Origin: Sterolibacterium sp.
Lineage (GTDB): Bacteria > Pseudomonadota > Gammaproteobacteria > Burkholderiales > Rhodocyclaceae
NCBI GenBank assembly: GCA_028713555.1
Contig: JAQTOA010000014.1
Coordinates: forward strand, 20,974-84,973
Reading direction: 5' to 3'
DNA length: 64,000 nt
Shown here: piece after piece, positions 38,152 to 47,801 of the stretch
Numbering within the stretch: position 1 is the stretch's first letter
Layout of the letters: each line of letters opens with the position of its first letter
Position numbers and translations under genes: made by a program
The notes under the pieces: model-generated
Told to the model about the DNA's origin: nothing
The model's database searches: none
What the model saw: the letters and a program-made list of their open reading frames with translations, nothing else

Positions 38152-41100
38152 CTATGGCTTTCCAGCATTCTCGATCTTCGGTTGTGGCCCGGAGAGTTTT
38201 TCTACCTTCGGATCGGCCCAACTTCCGGTCACCGCATAATCATAGGCAAAGATCTGGTCGATCGGATTCTTCAGTACCTTGTCCGCCAGCCAGGCAATCG
38301 CGCCCGCTGCCGGGTGTGCCAGCATGGCGCCGACGGCAATGGATTCACCAAGCGACGGAGACACGCGCACCTTGAGGTTCTGCGTTTCCTGCGGCAGGTT
38401 GACGCTGCCGCTGATGAGTATCTTGGCCGAGGGGCCGTTCATCCGGAAATCATGGGTATCCATGATGCCTCGGCTCAGATTGATCTGGCCGGTGATGCTG
38501 TCGAAAGCCATGCCTTGGCTGAAGATGTCGCGGAAATCCAGGGTGATGCGGCGCGGAATGGATTGCAGGCTGAGGATTCCGAGCAGCCGGCCGACACCCG
38601 GTTCGAGCTTGTTGAACTGGCCGTTTGCCGCCTCGACCTTCAGGGTTCCATCGAGCGACGGATAGTCGATGTCAAACGGCGTGCCGTTCCAGGAAACCGC
38701 TCCTTCCATGGAGGCTCTGCCGCGCCGCAGCGTATCCGGATGGCCAAGACGGGCCAACAGTTTCTCTATGCTTTTGACATTGAGGGAGAATTTGAGGTTG
38801 GTGTCCGGCTGTGTCGGACTCGGGCGCCACTTGCCTTCGCCGCTGAGTTTGCCATCGTCATTTTCGATATCCAGCTTGGCTTCCCAGTTTCCATCACGGT
38901 TGTCGGCAATCAGCTTGAGTCTGCCGTAAGGCTTGTCGCGCAGAAAAAATTGTTCGGCCTCGATATCCAGGCCGGGCAGTCTGTCTAGAGGATTGCCGGC
39001 AGTTTCCCTGTTCGCCGACTTGCTGCCAGGCGTGTCGTTGATTGCCAGTTGCTTGAGGCGGCCGGAGAGTCGACCGGCGCCCTGATTGAGCCAGGACAGT
39101 TCGCCGTTCACTTCACGGCTTTTGACATCGGCGCGCCATCCACCGTCGCGGTCCGCTGTGGTCGCTTTGAGTTCCAGATCGTTGATGACATGATCGAGGA
39201 AAATCAGCTCGCGGGTTTTCAAGGCGATGCTGGTCGCCATCTTCGGCAGTTTGCCGGCAGCGACGGGGCTGCCGCCGGTCTTTACGTCGCTATCGTCGGC
39301 CAGCATCGCGCGCCAGAAGTCGACATCGGTCTTTTTGAGACTCAAGGCCAGCAGCAGGCCCTTGTCGGGCAAAACCAGAGTTTCACCAACAGCAACGGCG
39401 GCGCGTTCCCACAGGGTTCTCTCCGCCCGTTCGCCTTCATGGCGGCGAACGATACGAGCGGCCAGAACATTGCCGAGCGTCGCGTCAATCTGGTCGCGTG
39501 GCACTGCCAGAGAAGTCAGCCGCTCCACTGCGGGCGCCTTGGTCTTGCCGTGCCGCGCTGGAGCCACGCCAGTCCGTGGCGGTTCGATCAGCAGCTTGCG
39601 TTCAAAGCGCAACGGCAGGATTTCGCTGGCGCTCTTGTTAAACGGCTCCGGCAGACTCGACGAGATGCCCTGGAGTTTCGATTCGAGCATGACCTCGGCG
39701 TTTTTCTTGCGAACGCGTACTCTGCCGCGCCAGGTGCTGCTGCCGGACAGATGATCGAGGAGCGGATGGGTGAACTGCTTGCGCAAGTCGGGTATGCTCA
39801 GGTTACCCTCGGTGTTTACCAGCACGGTGCCGTTGCCGACGGTTTTTACATCGATGGTCATCGGGGAGCCGAGCAGGTTTGCGCGCACTTTTTCGGCTTT
39901 GAGTCCATCGCCGGAAAATTGCAGACGACCATTGACCTCAGTCAGCAGCGGCAAGTCGGCATCGATCGCCAGTTTGTTGTTGGTGAACTGGAAATTGCCA
40001 TCGGTTTTCGTCTCGGCCAGCCGGCGCAACGGCAACGCCAGCTTAAGATGGAGTTGACCGTTGCCGACAGCCGTCATGTCCTCGGTGAAGTGGTCGATGT
40101 GCTCGCTCACCGGGCTGGCTTCGATGAAGCGCAGGAAATCCGCGGTCGGCCCGGTGGCATTGCCGGTGATGACAATCAGTTCGTCCAGAGACTCAAGATC
40201 GGCGATTTCCGCCTTGACGTCGCTCAAAGCCACGCCGTAAATCTCGCCGTGGCTGGCTTTGATGAGCATGCGCTTGCCGACGAACTCCAACTCGCCGGTG
40301 ATTTGGTCGATCCGCGGCCAACTCTGCGCATACAGCAATGAGGGCCCGTGAAACTTGCCTTTGACTTCAAACACCCCGGAACCGTCGGCAAAAGGAAAGC
40401 GCTTCAGATCCCCCTTCAGGCGTAACGAGGTGTCATTGCTGTCGCCGCCGAGAATCGAGGAGTGCAACCAGTCTCTGACGTTATGGCCCACCGCCAGGGG
40501 CATATAGCGCCAGACCGCGCCGCCGGCGGCGCGGCTAAGGTGGGCCTGCAGATCGATCTCGCCCGGCTCGCCGGTTCTGCTCAGATAGCTGCCACTGGCG
40601 CTGCCGGCGGCATCCTGATTTTCGAAGGTGGCGTTCTCGAGCTTGACTTCGATGCGTTCGCCCTGGTCTCCAACGCTGCGCATTTTCCATTTCAACTGGG
40701 CATTCAAGGCGTCGAGTTCGATGCGCGGATCGGCAAAGAGCTTCGGCAGATCAACGTAGGCTTTCTGGCTGGTAAGCGAGAGGCTGCCGCCTTGATCGTT
40801 GCCATCAATACTGCCGGAAAGACCATCGAAACTCGGTAGCATTCCCTGGGCTTGCATGCAGAGACGTTCGAAGCGGGTGCGCAAGCTGTAACTGGTGATC
40901 CCCTGCGTGCCGGATTGCGCCTGCTTGGCCTGAGACATGAACGGGTTGCTCCAACTCGCAGCCAAATCAAACAGCTTACCCTGCGGTGCAGCCTCCACCA
41001 GGCGCTGCCGGACCTCTGTATCGATCGGCAGGTAAGTCGCGAGTCGCGCCAAGGCGCCAAGGTCGAGGCCGTTGGCGGTTAATTCGCCGCGTGGCGGCAT

Positions 41101-42141
41101 ACGTTCCACAGCACTGCTCCAGCGCAGCTGAAAATCGGTCGGATCGATGCGGATGTCATCGCGCGTGGTCAGGGTCAACTGCTTGGCGCCGACTTCGAAA
41201 CCGTGCGGCAGCCGCTTGCCGCTAATCCGGCCATTCAAATACAGAAGATCAAGCAAAGGCAGGTCTTGTGCCAGACGCAACTTGACGTCGATCAAGGCGA
41301 TATCGGCGGTCAGGCTGGTCAGTTGTTTCTCGGCGAAGCTCAACCACAAACGCATGCCGCCGCTGCCCTTCGGCATATCCAGGGGATAGTCAACCCAGGT
41401 GCGCCAAACCGCCAGGTCGGCATAATCGAGCTCGGCATAGGCATCGCCCTGCCAAGTTTCCAGGGCGTCCAGATCGTTACCCTTGAGGTCGCCGCGAATG
41501 TCGAGCCGGCTAGCCAGCATGCGCGGCGGATCGGCGATCAAGCCGAAACGGTGATGGCGGCCGTTGTTCTGCAAATGGAAATTCAGGTGCTGCAGGGTCA
41601 GGGGGGGCGCCCCGCGCAGTTCGTCCTGCCAGGTGATGCTGGCATCGCGTACCACCACGCGCTGCTGCGCCAGCAGCCAAGCGGAGAAATCGTTTTCCTG
41701 CTGCGGTGCGTTGATCTGCAGACCCGCAATGAAGATTCGCCCCTGTGGGTCACGGCGCATGGCAAGCGTCGGCGCGACGATCTCCAGACGATTCAGACGC
41801 AGACCGAGATGCAGCAACGAGGTCCAGGAAATCTCCGCCGCGACGTTATCCAGGGCCAGCGCCGGCCGATCTTGCCGGTCGTGGATTCGGAAACCGCGCA
41901 AGACCAGTCGGGGGTGCAGTCCCTGCCACTCGGCTTCTATGCTGGCGATTTTCACCTGTAAATTGAACGATGACGACAACATTCTTTCGATATCGTCATG
42001 GTAATTGTCGATCTGCGGCAGCACTGCGTAACGCAGCGTGATAAAAATCAGGGCAAAGCCGAAATAACCCAGCAGCAGCAACCAGCCCAGCACGCGGGTC
42101 AGCTTGCGCAACCAGGGTTGGCGAAAAGGGGAGGTCGTCAA
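38152..42141 (-). CDS. yhdP: YhdP-family (DUF3971 / AsmA-like) large envelope protein
   Basis: 1329 aa with a single N-terminal TM. It is long, beta-rich and repetitive, with a C-terminal AsmA-like end. It shows the conserved betaproteobacterial arrangement divergent from glnE and upstream of the nit and tldD genes. Confidence 0.8.
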   Translation of the reverse strand: MTTSPFRQPWLRKLTRVLGWLLLLGYFGFALIFITLRYAVLPQIDNYHDDIERMLSSSFNLQVKIASIEAEWQGLHPRLVLRGFRIHDRQDRPALALDNVAAEISWTSLLHLGLRLNRLEIVAPTLAMRRDPQGRIFIAGLQINAPQQENDFSAWLLAQQRVVVRDASITWQDELRGAPPLTLQHLNFHLQNNGRHHRFGLIADPPRMLASRLDIRGDLKGNDLDALETWQGDAYAELDYADLAVWRTWVDYPLDMPKGSGGMRLWLSFAEKQLTSLTADIALIDVKLRLAQDLPLLDLLYLNGRISGKRLPHGFEVGAKQLTLTTRDDIRIDPTDFQLRWSSAVERMPPRGELTANGLDLGALARLATYLPIDTEVRQRLVEAAPQGKLFDLAASWSNPFMSQAKQAQSGTQGITSYSLRTRFERLCMQAQGMLPSFDGLSGSIDGNDQGGSLSLTSQKAYVDLPKLFADPRIELDALNAQLKWKMRSVGDQGERIEVKLENATFENQDAAGSASGSYLSRTGEPGEIDLQAHLSRAAGGAVWRYMPLAVGHNVRDWLHSSILGGDSNDTSLRLKGDLKRFPFADGSGVFEVKGKFHGPSLLYAQSWPRIDQITGELEFVGKRMLIKASHGEIYGVALSDVKAEIADLESLDELIVITGNATGPTADFLRFIEASPVSEHIDHFTEDMTAVGNGQLHLKLALPLRRLAETKTDGNFQFTNNKLAIDADLPLLTEVNGRLQFSGDGLKAEKVRANLLGSPMTIDVKTVGNGTVLVNTEGNLSIPDLRKQFTHPLLDHLSGSSTWRGRVRVRKKNAEVMLESKLQGISSSLPEPFNKSASEILPLRFERKLLIEPPRTGVAPARHGKTKAPAVERLTSLAVPRDQIDATLGNVLAARIVRRHEGERAERTLWERAAVAVGETLVLPDKGLLLALSLKKTDVDFWRAMLADDSDVKTGGSPVAAGKLPKMATSIALKTRELIFLDHVINDLELKATTADRDGGWRADVKSREVNGELSWLNQGAGRLSGRLKQLAINDTPGSKSANRETAGNPLDRLPGLDIEAEQFFLRDKPYGRLKLIADNRDGNWEAKLDIENDDGKLSGEGKWRPSPTQPDTNLKFSLNVKSIEKLLARLGHPDTLRRGRASMEGAVSWNGTPFDIDYPSLDGTLKVEAANGQFNKLEPGVGRLLGILSLQSIPRRITLDFRDIFSQGMAFDSITGQINLSRGIMDTHDFRMNGPSAKILISGSVNLPQETQNLKVRVSPSLGESIAVGAMLAHPAAGAIAWLADKVLKNPIDQIFAYDYAVTGSWADPKVEKLSGPQPKIENAGKP

Positions 42142-42210
42142 AGAGGAGGGGAGTGGCGTGATGTTGTTGTTCCCAAGGTCGGTGCCCTAAATTCCAGAGC
42201 GGGCTCTAAA

Positions 42211-44964
42211 ATGGCGCTTATCCGACGTTACCCGTGCGATTTTACCTTAATGCCCTCACTCTCTGACATCCTGCCGCGGGTTTTACCACTTTCCCGCTAC
42301 CTGAACCAGTTGCTTGCCGTGACCCCGGCGCTGGCAGACGAATTGGCGGCTAACTGGGAGCGGCCCCTGACCGTCGAGTCGCTGCGTGCATTCCTGCCCG
42401 CTACGCTGGATGCGGAATCGCTCAAGCCGGCGTTGCGGCGCCTCAAGCAGCGTGCCTATGTCCGCATCGCCACGCGGGATCTGGCCGGACTGGCGAATCT
42501 GGCCGAAGTCACCGAAAGCATGACGCTGATCGCCGAGATTGCCCTGGAAACAGCTCTGACTACGCTGACTTCGGCGCTTACTCAGCGCTATGGCGTGCCG
42601 CGCAATGCGAAGGGCGAAGCGCAACTATTGATTGTCATCGGCATGGGAAAACTAGGCGGGCGCGAGCTCAATGTGTCCTCAGATATCGATCTGATCTTCG
42701 TCTATCCCGAGGATGGCGAAACGGATGGCAGCGACGATGAAGCAAGCCGCAGTGCTGGAAGAAGCACTCGCCCCATCAGCAATTTCGACTTCTTCACGCG
42801 TCTTGGCCGCAACTTGATCAACGCGATCTCAGAAACAACCGAAGATGGCCGGGTATTCCGTGTCGATATGAGGCTGCGGCCGAACGGCGATTCGGGTCCG
42901 CTGGTGTGCAGTTTCGAGATGCTGGAGAACTATTTTATTACCCAGGGCCGCGAGTGGGAACGCTATGCCTGGATCAAGGCGCGTCCCTTGAGCCACGTCG
43001 ACCCAAGGGACGAGGGGTGGATTACTGCCCTGGAATCGATGCGCCATCACTTCGTCTTCCGCAAATATCTTGATTTCGGCGCCATCGATGCGATGCGCGG
43101 CCTGCACGCCCAAATCCGCCGCGAAGTGATGCGCAAGGACATGACCGACAATATCAAACTCGGCCCAGGCGGCATCCGCGAGATCGAGTTTATTGCCCAG
43201 GTATTCCAGTTGATCCGCGGTGGGCGCGACTCGTCGTTGCAGGTCAAGCCGGCACTGAAAGCCCTGAGCCTGCTTGTCGAGCGCAAGCATATCAGCCTGG
43301 AAACTTTGCTCGAACTGGATGCTGCGTATAACTTTCTGCGTCGCCTTGAACACCGCCTGCAATATCTCGACGACGCGCAGACCCACAGCCTGCCGAGCCA
43401 AGCCGGGGACCAGGCGATCATCGCACGGACCATGGGATTCGTCAGCTATGAGGCGTTGCTGGCCGAACTCGACGACCACCGCGCGGCTGTTGAGCGGCAT
43501 TTCGCAGCGATTTTCGCAGATCACCACAAGTCAAAGCATGCGCTCGATGGCGTTTGGCAGTCCAGCGACGGCGAAGCCCAGGTGCTTGAACTGGCCGGCC
43601 ATGGCTATCGCAATGCTGCGGCAGCCGCTCAACGTCTCGCCAGCTTGCGTAGCGGCGGGCGCTACCAGCAGATGCCTACGGCGGTGCGTGAACGCTTTGA
43701 CGCCTTGGTGCCGCTAGTCATCGGGGCTTGTGCGGCGACGCCGAATCCGGACGACACACTGTCGCGTATTCTTGACCTGCTCGAAGCCGTCAGCCGGCGC
43801 GCGGCTTATCTGGCCTTGCTCCTGGAATATCCGCAAGCCTTGCAAAAAGTGGCGGAGCTTGCCAGTGCTTCGTCGTGGGCATCTGATTATTTGAGACGTC
43901 ACCCGATCCTGCTCGATGAATTGCTCGATGCCCGCATGCTCGAAACCGCTCCCGATTGGGGCGCATTCCGCGGACAAGTCGAACAAGCTCTGGAGGAGGC
44001 CGAACCGGACGTCGAATTGCAGATGGACCGGTTGCGCGAAGCACACCACGCCAAGGTTTTTCGCCTGCTGGTGCAGGACATCTCCGGCTTGTTGCCGCTG
44101 GAAAAGCTTGCCGACCACCTCTCCGAGCTGGCGGATATCATGCTTGAACTCGCCATCAAATTCGCTTGGCGCAAGCTCGCAAAGCGCCACCTTGAGACAC
44201 CGCGCTTTGCCATCATCAGCTACGGCAAGCTTGGTGGCAAGGAGCTGGGTTACGCTTCAGATCTGGACCTGATTTTTCTTTATGACGACTCAGCGCCCGA
44301 AGCCCAGGAAAATTATGCGCGTCTTGCCACCCGCATCAACTCCTGGCTTTCCAGTCAGACCTCGGCTGGAACGCTGTTCGAGACCGATCTGCGGCTGCGG
44401 CCCAACGGCGAATCCGGCCTGCTGGTCAGTTCGCTGGAGTCCTTCCGCAAGTATCAGCTTGAAGCTGCCTGGATCTGGGAATACCAGGCCCTCACCCGAG
44501 CCCGTTTTTCCGCTGGCGATCGCCAAATCGGCGAGGCTTTCGAGCAGATTCGTCACGAGATCCTCTGCCAGTTGCGCGATCTCGCTGAATTGCAGCGAGA
44601 AGTGCTGGCCATGCGCCAAAAGATGTTCGATGCGCATGCGGGCAAGAGTCCGCTGTTCGACCTCAAGCACGATCATGGCGGGCTGATCGACGTGGAATTC
44701 ATCGTCCAGTATTTGGTGCTCGGCTACTCCCATCAGCACCCGCGGCTCACCGCCAACCTCGGCAACATCGCCTTGCTGAAAATTGCCGGCGAGCTTGGCC
44801 TGATTCCGACGGCGCTGGCCGAGACGGTGCGCAATGCCTACCGCGATTATCGCCGCATGCAGCATGCGCTGCGCCTCAACAGCGCCCCGGCGCGCGTGGA
44901 ACGGGACAGCGTTGCCGAGCGTGTCGCGGCCGTGCGCGAACTGTGGCGAATTGTGTTTGAATGA
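42211..44964 (+). CDS. glnE: bifunctional glutamine synthetase adenylyltransferase / adenylyl-removing enzyme
   Basis: Two nucleotidyltransferase modules (GKLGGRELNVSSDIDLIFVY and GKLGGKELGYASDLDLIFLY) with GlnE-specific linkers. The start is ATG 42211 or 42250. The ORF track start at 41998 overlaps yhdP. Confidence 0.93.
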   Translation: MALIRRYPCDFTLMPSLSDILPRVLPLSRYLNQLLAVTPALADELAANWERPLTVESLRAFLPATLDAESLKPALRRLKQRAYVRIATRDLAGLANLAEVTESMTLIAEIALETALTTLTSALTQRYGVPRNAKGEAQLLIVIGMGKLGGRELNVSSDIDLIFVYPEDGETDGSDDEASRSAGRSTRPISNFDFFTRLGRNLINAISETTEDGRVFRVDMRLRPNGDSGPLVCSFEMLENYFITQGREWERYAWIKARPLSHVDPRDEGWITALESMRHHFVFRKYLDFGAIDAMRGLHAQIRREVMRKDMTDNIKLGPGGIREIEFIAQVFQLIRGGRDSSLQVKPALKALSLLVERKHISLETLLELDAAYNFLRRLEHRLQYLDDAQTHSLPSQAGDQAIIARTMGFVSYEALLAELDDHRAAVERHFAAIFADHHKSKHALDGVWQSSDGEAQVLELAGHGYRNAAAAAQRLASLRSGGRYQQMPTAVRERFDALVPLVIGACAATPNPDDTLSRILDLLEAVSRRAAYLALLLEYPQALQKVAELASASSWASDYLRRHPILLDELLDARMLETAPDWGAFRGQVEQALEEAEPDVELQMDRLREAHHAKVFRLLVQDISGLLPLEKLADHLSELADIMLELAIKFAWRKLAKRHLETPRFAIISYGKLGGKELGYASDLDLIFLYDDSAPEAQENYARLATRINSWLSSQTSAGTLFETDLRLRPNGESGLLVSSLESFRKYQLEAAWIWEYQALTRARFSAGDRQIGEAFEQIRHEILCQLRDLAELQREVLAMRQKMFDAHAGKSPLFDLKHDHGGLIDVEFIVQYLVLGYSHQHPRLTANLGNIALLKIAGELGLIPTALAETVRNAYRDYRRMQHALRLNSAPARVERDSVAERVAAVRELWRIVFE

Positions 44965-44992
44965 CACTTTCACAGATTAGGACTCTCGCGCC

Positions 44993-46240
44993 ATGACCGT
45001 CAATTACTCTACGCCCACCGTCAACCAGTTGCTGCCCGTCGCCGGCGTTCGTCTCGGCGTGACCGAGGCCGGTATCCGCAAGGCCAAGCAGCGCGACCTG
45101 ACGCTGATCGAACTTGCCGTCGGCAGCCGGGTCGCCGGGGTGTTCACGCAAAACCGTTTCTGTGCCGCCCCAGTGCAGGTATGCCAGCAGCACCTCGCCG
45201 GGCATGACATTCGTGCTCTGGTGATCAACACCGGCATCGCCAATGCTGGTACCGGCGAACCCGGGTTGACCGCCGCGCGCGCCACATGCGGCGCTGTAGC
45301 CGCATTGCTCGATCTTTCCGATCGACAGGTGCTGCCTTTTTCCACCGGCGTGATCATGGAGCCGCTGCCGCTCAAGCGCATCGTTTCGGCGCTGCCCGCG
45401 TGCCAGGCGGCATTGCGCGGCGATGGCCAGGGCTGGTTCGACGCGGCGCAGGCGATCATGACCACCGATACTGTCGCCAAAGCCGCATCGCAAATGGCGG
45501 ACATCGGCGACAAGACCATCAGCGTCACCGGCATATCCAAGGGCGCCGGCATGATCAAGCCGAACATGGCGACCATGCTCGGTTTTGTCGCCACCGACGC
45601 CGCCATTTCCCAGACGCTGCTGGAACAGATGGTGAAGGAGGTCGCCGACGCGTCCTTCAATTGCATCAGCGTCGATGGCGATACCTCGACTAACGATTCT
45701 TTTATCCTGATTGCCACCGGTGCGGCGAAGAACGCCGAGATCAAGACGGCTTCGGGAGAAGACTACGCTGCCTTGCGCGACGCCGTGGCGGCTGTCGCCG
45801 TGGAACTGGCGCAGGCCATTGTGCGCGACGGCGAAGGTGCCACCAAGTTTATCGAGATCCGGGTCGAGGGCGGCATCGACAGCGCCGAATGCAAGGCGGT
45901 CGGCTATGCGATTGCGCACTCGCCGCTGGTGAAGACCGCTTTCTTCGCCTCCGACCCCAACCTCGGCCGCATTCTCGCTGCCATCGGCAATGCGGCGCAG
46001 TTCCACGCCAGCCTCGGTGATCTGGACGTCAGAACCGTCAGATTGTGGCTCGGCGATACCCTGGTTGCCGAGTACGGCGGCCGCGCCGCCAGCTACCACG
46101 AGGCCGACGGCGTGCGGGCGATGGCTCCGGCCGAGATCCTCATCCGCATCGATCTCGGCCGCGGCAGCGCCCAAGCGAAAGTATGGACCTGCGATCTCTC
46201 CTACGACTACGTGAAGATAAACGCGGACTACCGCAGTTAG
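44993..46240 (+). CDS. argJ: bifunctional ornithine acetyltransferase / N-acetylglutamate synthase
   Basis: 415 aa. It has the autoprocessing site context [11 protein letters not shown], and [10 protein letters not shown]. The C-terminus is [10 protein letters not shown]. Confidence 0.95.
   Translation: MTVNYSTPTVNQLLPVAGVRLGVTEAGIRKAKQRDLTLIELAVGSRVAGVFTQNRFCAAPVQVCQQHLAGHDIRALVINTGIANAGTGEPGLTAARATCGAVAALLDLSDRQVLPFSTGVIMEPLPLKRIVSALPACQAALRGDGQGWFDAAQAIMTTDTVAKAASQMADIGDKTISVTGISKGAGMIKPNMATMLGFVATDAAISQTLLEQMVKEVADASFNCISVDGDTSTNDSFILIATGAAKNAEIKTASGEDYAALRDAVAAVAVELAQAIVRDGEGATKFIEIRVEGGIDSAECKAVGYAIAHSPLVKTAFFASDPNLGRILAAIGNAAQFHASLGDLDVRTVRLWLGDTLVAEYGGRAASYHEADGVRAMAPAEILIRIDLGRGSAQAKVWTCDLSYDYVKINADYRS
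46217..46238 (+). repeat. left direct repeat (attL-like), the 3' end of argJ
   Basis: ataaacGCGGACTACCGCAGTT encodes INADYRS. The 16-nt core is at 46223-46238. Confidence 0.7.
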
Positions 46241-46275
46241 CCGAGGAATACCGCAAAGAAATAGAGAATGACTCA

Positions 46276-46527
46276 ATGGAAGCCTGGTGCAATACTCAGG
46301 CCAAAGCGATAAAAACCTTAGACGACGCGGCCGGCACAATGTCACCGTTCCAGTCTGGATTCATCGAGGCAATCGCCGAGTACCTTCATTTCATCAATAC
46401 TACCGGTACCCCTGATCTGTTTGTATGGAAACCGGATGCCGCTTTGTCCGAAACGGAATTGGCGGATGAACGCCAGAGGCTTGAAGCCAGCTATCACCGC
46501 GCGCAGCCGGCACACTCTCATTACTAG
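46276..46527 (+). CDS. hypothetical protein (83 aa) inside the insert
   Basis: ORF from MEAWCNTQAKAIKTLDD... to a stop at 46527, in the AT-richer insert. No recognisable family and no clear ribosome-binding site. Confidence 0.3.
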   Translation: MEAWCNTQAKAIKTLDDAAGTMSPFQSGFIEAIAEYLHFINTTGTPDLFVWKPDAALSETELADERQRLEASYHRAQPAHSHY

Positions 46528-46533
46528 CTGAAT

Positions 46534-46608
46534 TTGTGGTCGGGGAGACTCAGGATGGCTCTACTTATTTCAAGGATAGATGGAAGCCAAAAGTCACCCC
46601 GACCACAA
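46534..46608. repeat. 12-bp perfect inverted repeat with a 51-nt spacer
   Basis: ttgtggtcgggg (46534-46545) pairs with ccccgaccacaa (46597-46608). It lies in the non-coding part of the insert, upstream of the toxin promoter. Confidence 0.5.
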
Positions 46609-46687
46609 CGCGGAGAGGCCACCAGGCACGAGCCTAGCACTCTGACCGACCAAGCCGCGCCTGCTCCGGTGGGCGCGGCTATAACAC

Positions 46688-46716
46688 TTGCAGAAACATA
46701 CAACATTTTATATAAT
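46688..46716 (+). promoter_or_regulatory. sigma70-like promoter of the toxin-antitoxin pair (possibly leaderless transcript)
   Basis: TTGCAG (46688-46693), a 17-nt spacer, then TATAAT (46711-46716). The toxin ATG at 46724 is only 7 nt past the -10 box and has no Shine-Dalgarno sequence. Confidence 0.45.
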
Positions 46717-46723
46717 CCACTCC

Positions 46724-47051
46724 ATGAAAGAACTACGTTTTCGCGGAAGCTCGCTTGATGATCTGCGTAAGTTCCCGGCACTTGTCGTGCGGGAAGCCGG
46801 GTATCAGATGGACAAGGTGCAGAATGGCAAGGAGCCTACCGACTGGAAGCCGATGCTATCAATCGGTGATAGGCGTGAAAGAGGTTCGACTACAAGACGA
46901 GGCCGGCGCTTTCCGGGTGATCTACTTGGCGAAGTTGGAGGATGCGGTTTATGTCCTGCACTGCTTCCAGAAGAAGACGCAGCAGACCAGCGAAAAGGAC
47001 ATCAAGCTGGCCAGGAAGCGATTTAAAGACTTGATGAGGAAACAGCCATGA
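46724..47051 (+). pseudogene. HigB/RelE-superfamily (Gp49/DUF891-like) toxin, frameshifted
   Basis: Frame 2 reads MKELRFRGSSLDDLRKFPALVVREAGYQMDKVQNGKEPTDWKPMLSIGD. Frame 3 continues GVKEVRLQDEAGAFRVIYLAKLEDAVYVLHCFQKKTQQTSEKDIKLARKRFKDLM. One extra base lies near 46868-46872. Its stop overlaps the antitoxin ATG (ATGA). Confidence 0.7.
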
Positions 47052-47371
47052 GTAAGGAACAACGATTCGCCAGTGTATGGGATGCCATCGAGGACACGCC
47101 ACAGCAGGCCGCCAGCATGCGCGCCCGGTCGGCTCTGATGATGGAGTTGGAGGACATTATTAAGCAGCGAGGAATGACTCAGGCAGAAGCCGCTGCCCTA
47201 TTCGGTGTTACCCAGCCCCGCGTCTCTGACCTGATGCGCGGCAAGATCAATCTATTCTCTCTGGATTGTCTGATCGACATGGCCACCGTTGCCGGTCTGG
47301 AGCCGAATGTCACAATCAAAAAGCCGAAGGCATCACGCAAGCGGACTGTGCGGGAACTGGCTGCGGCGTAG
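47048..47371 (+). CDS. XRE-family HTH antitoxin (HigA-like)
   Basis: 107 aa. The HTH is MTQAEAAALFGVTQPRVSDLMRGKINLFSLDCLIDM, typical of antitoxins partnered with Gp49-like toxins. Confidence 0.8.
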   Translation: MSKEQRFASVWDAIEDTPQQAASMRARSALMMELEDIIKQRGMTQAEAAALFGVTQPRVSDLMRGKINLFSLDCLIDMATVAGLEPNVTIKKPKASRKRTVRELAAA

Positions 47372-47771
47372 CGACCATGAAGCACGCTCATATCATTCCA
47401 ATGACATGGCACGGCTCCTGATTGAAGGATGTACAGGAAGGCGTGCGATGAAATATCTCATTGAAGCCCCTCGCTACCTAAGAAACATGCATGAGTACCA
47501 GAAGGAAGGGCAGGCGCTAAAACTTCTTGGCATGTTGTTGAGTGACCCCAGGATGACCATCGTATGGACGCATCTTGGACGCCAAATTAAGACGAGTACC
47601 CGTGACACCGTTGACCATTCTGCGCTATTTCCTTTTCCTGTGCTATTAGTAGGGTGGCCTTAATCTGGTGGGGGTCTCCACCAGCCAAATCCACTAGAAA
47701 AGCGGGTACAAAAGCGGGTATGGTTGGCAATTCGAAAATGGCAAACCCACTAGCCACAAGGCTTAAGACCG

Positions 47772-47793
47772 ATCAATGCGGACTACCGCAGTT
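47772..47793 (+). repeat. right direct repeat (attR-like), a displaced copy of the argJ 3' end
   Basis: atcaatGCGGACTACCGCAGTT also encodes INADYRS and runs on as tca tga (S*). It ends 8 nt before the stop of the convergent glycosyltransferase gene. The tandem motif aaaagcgggta occurs twice just inside (47698-47720). Confidence 0.7.
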
Positions 47794-47801
47794 CATGAAT
47801 T

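Larger units (their letters stand above)
46217..47793. mobile_element. remnant of an integrated element at the argJ 3' end (no integrase present)
   Basis: Bounded by direct repeats at 46217-46238 and 47772-47793 (16 nt perfect). The interior is visibly AT-richer than both flanks and carries a toxin-antitoxin pair and orphan ORFs. Confidence 0.45.

Noticed and set aside
47289-47663. A 124-codon ORF downstream of the antitoxin inside the insert, examined on both strands as a possible integrase remnant.
   Set aside because: The first third overlaps the antitoxin gene out of frame. None of the six frames shows tyrosine or serine recombinase motifs. I left it uncalled.
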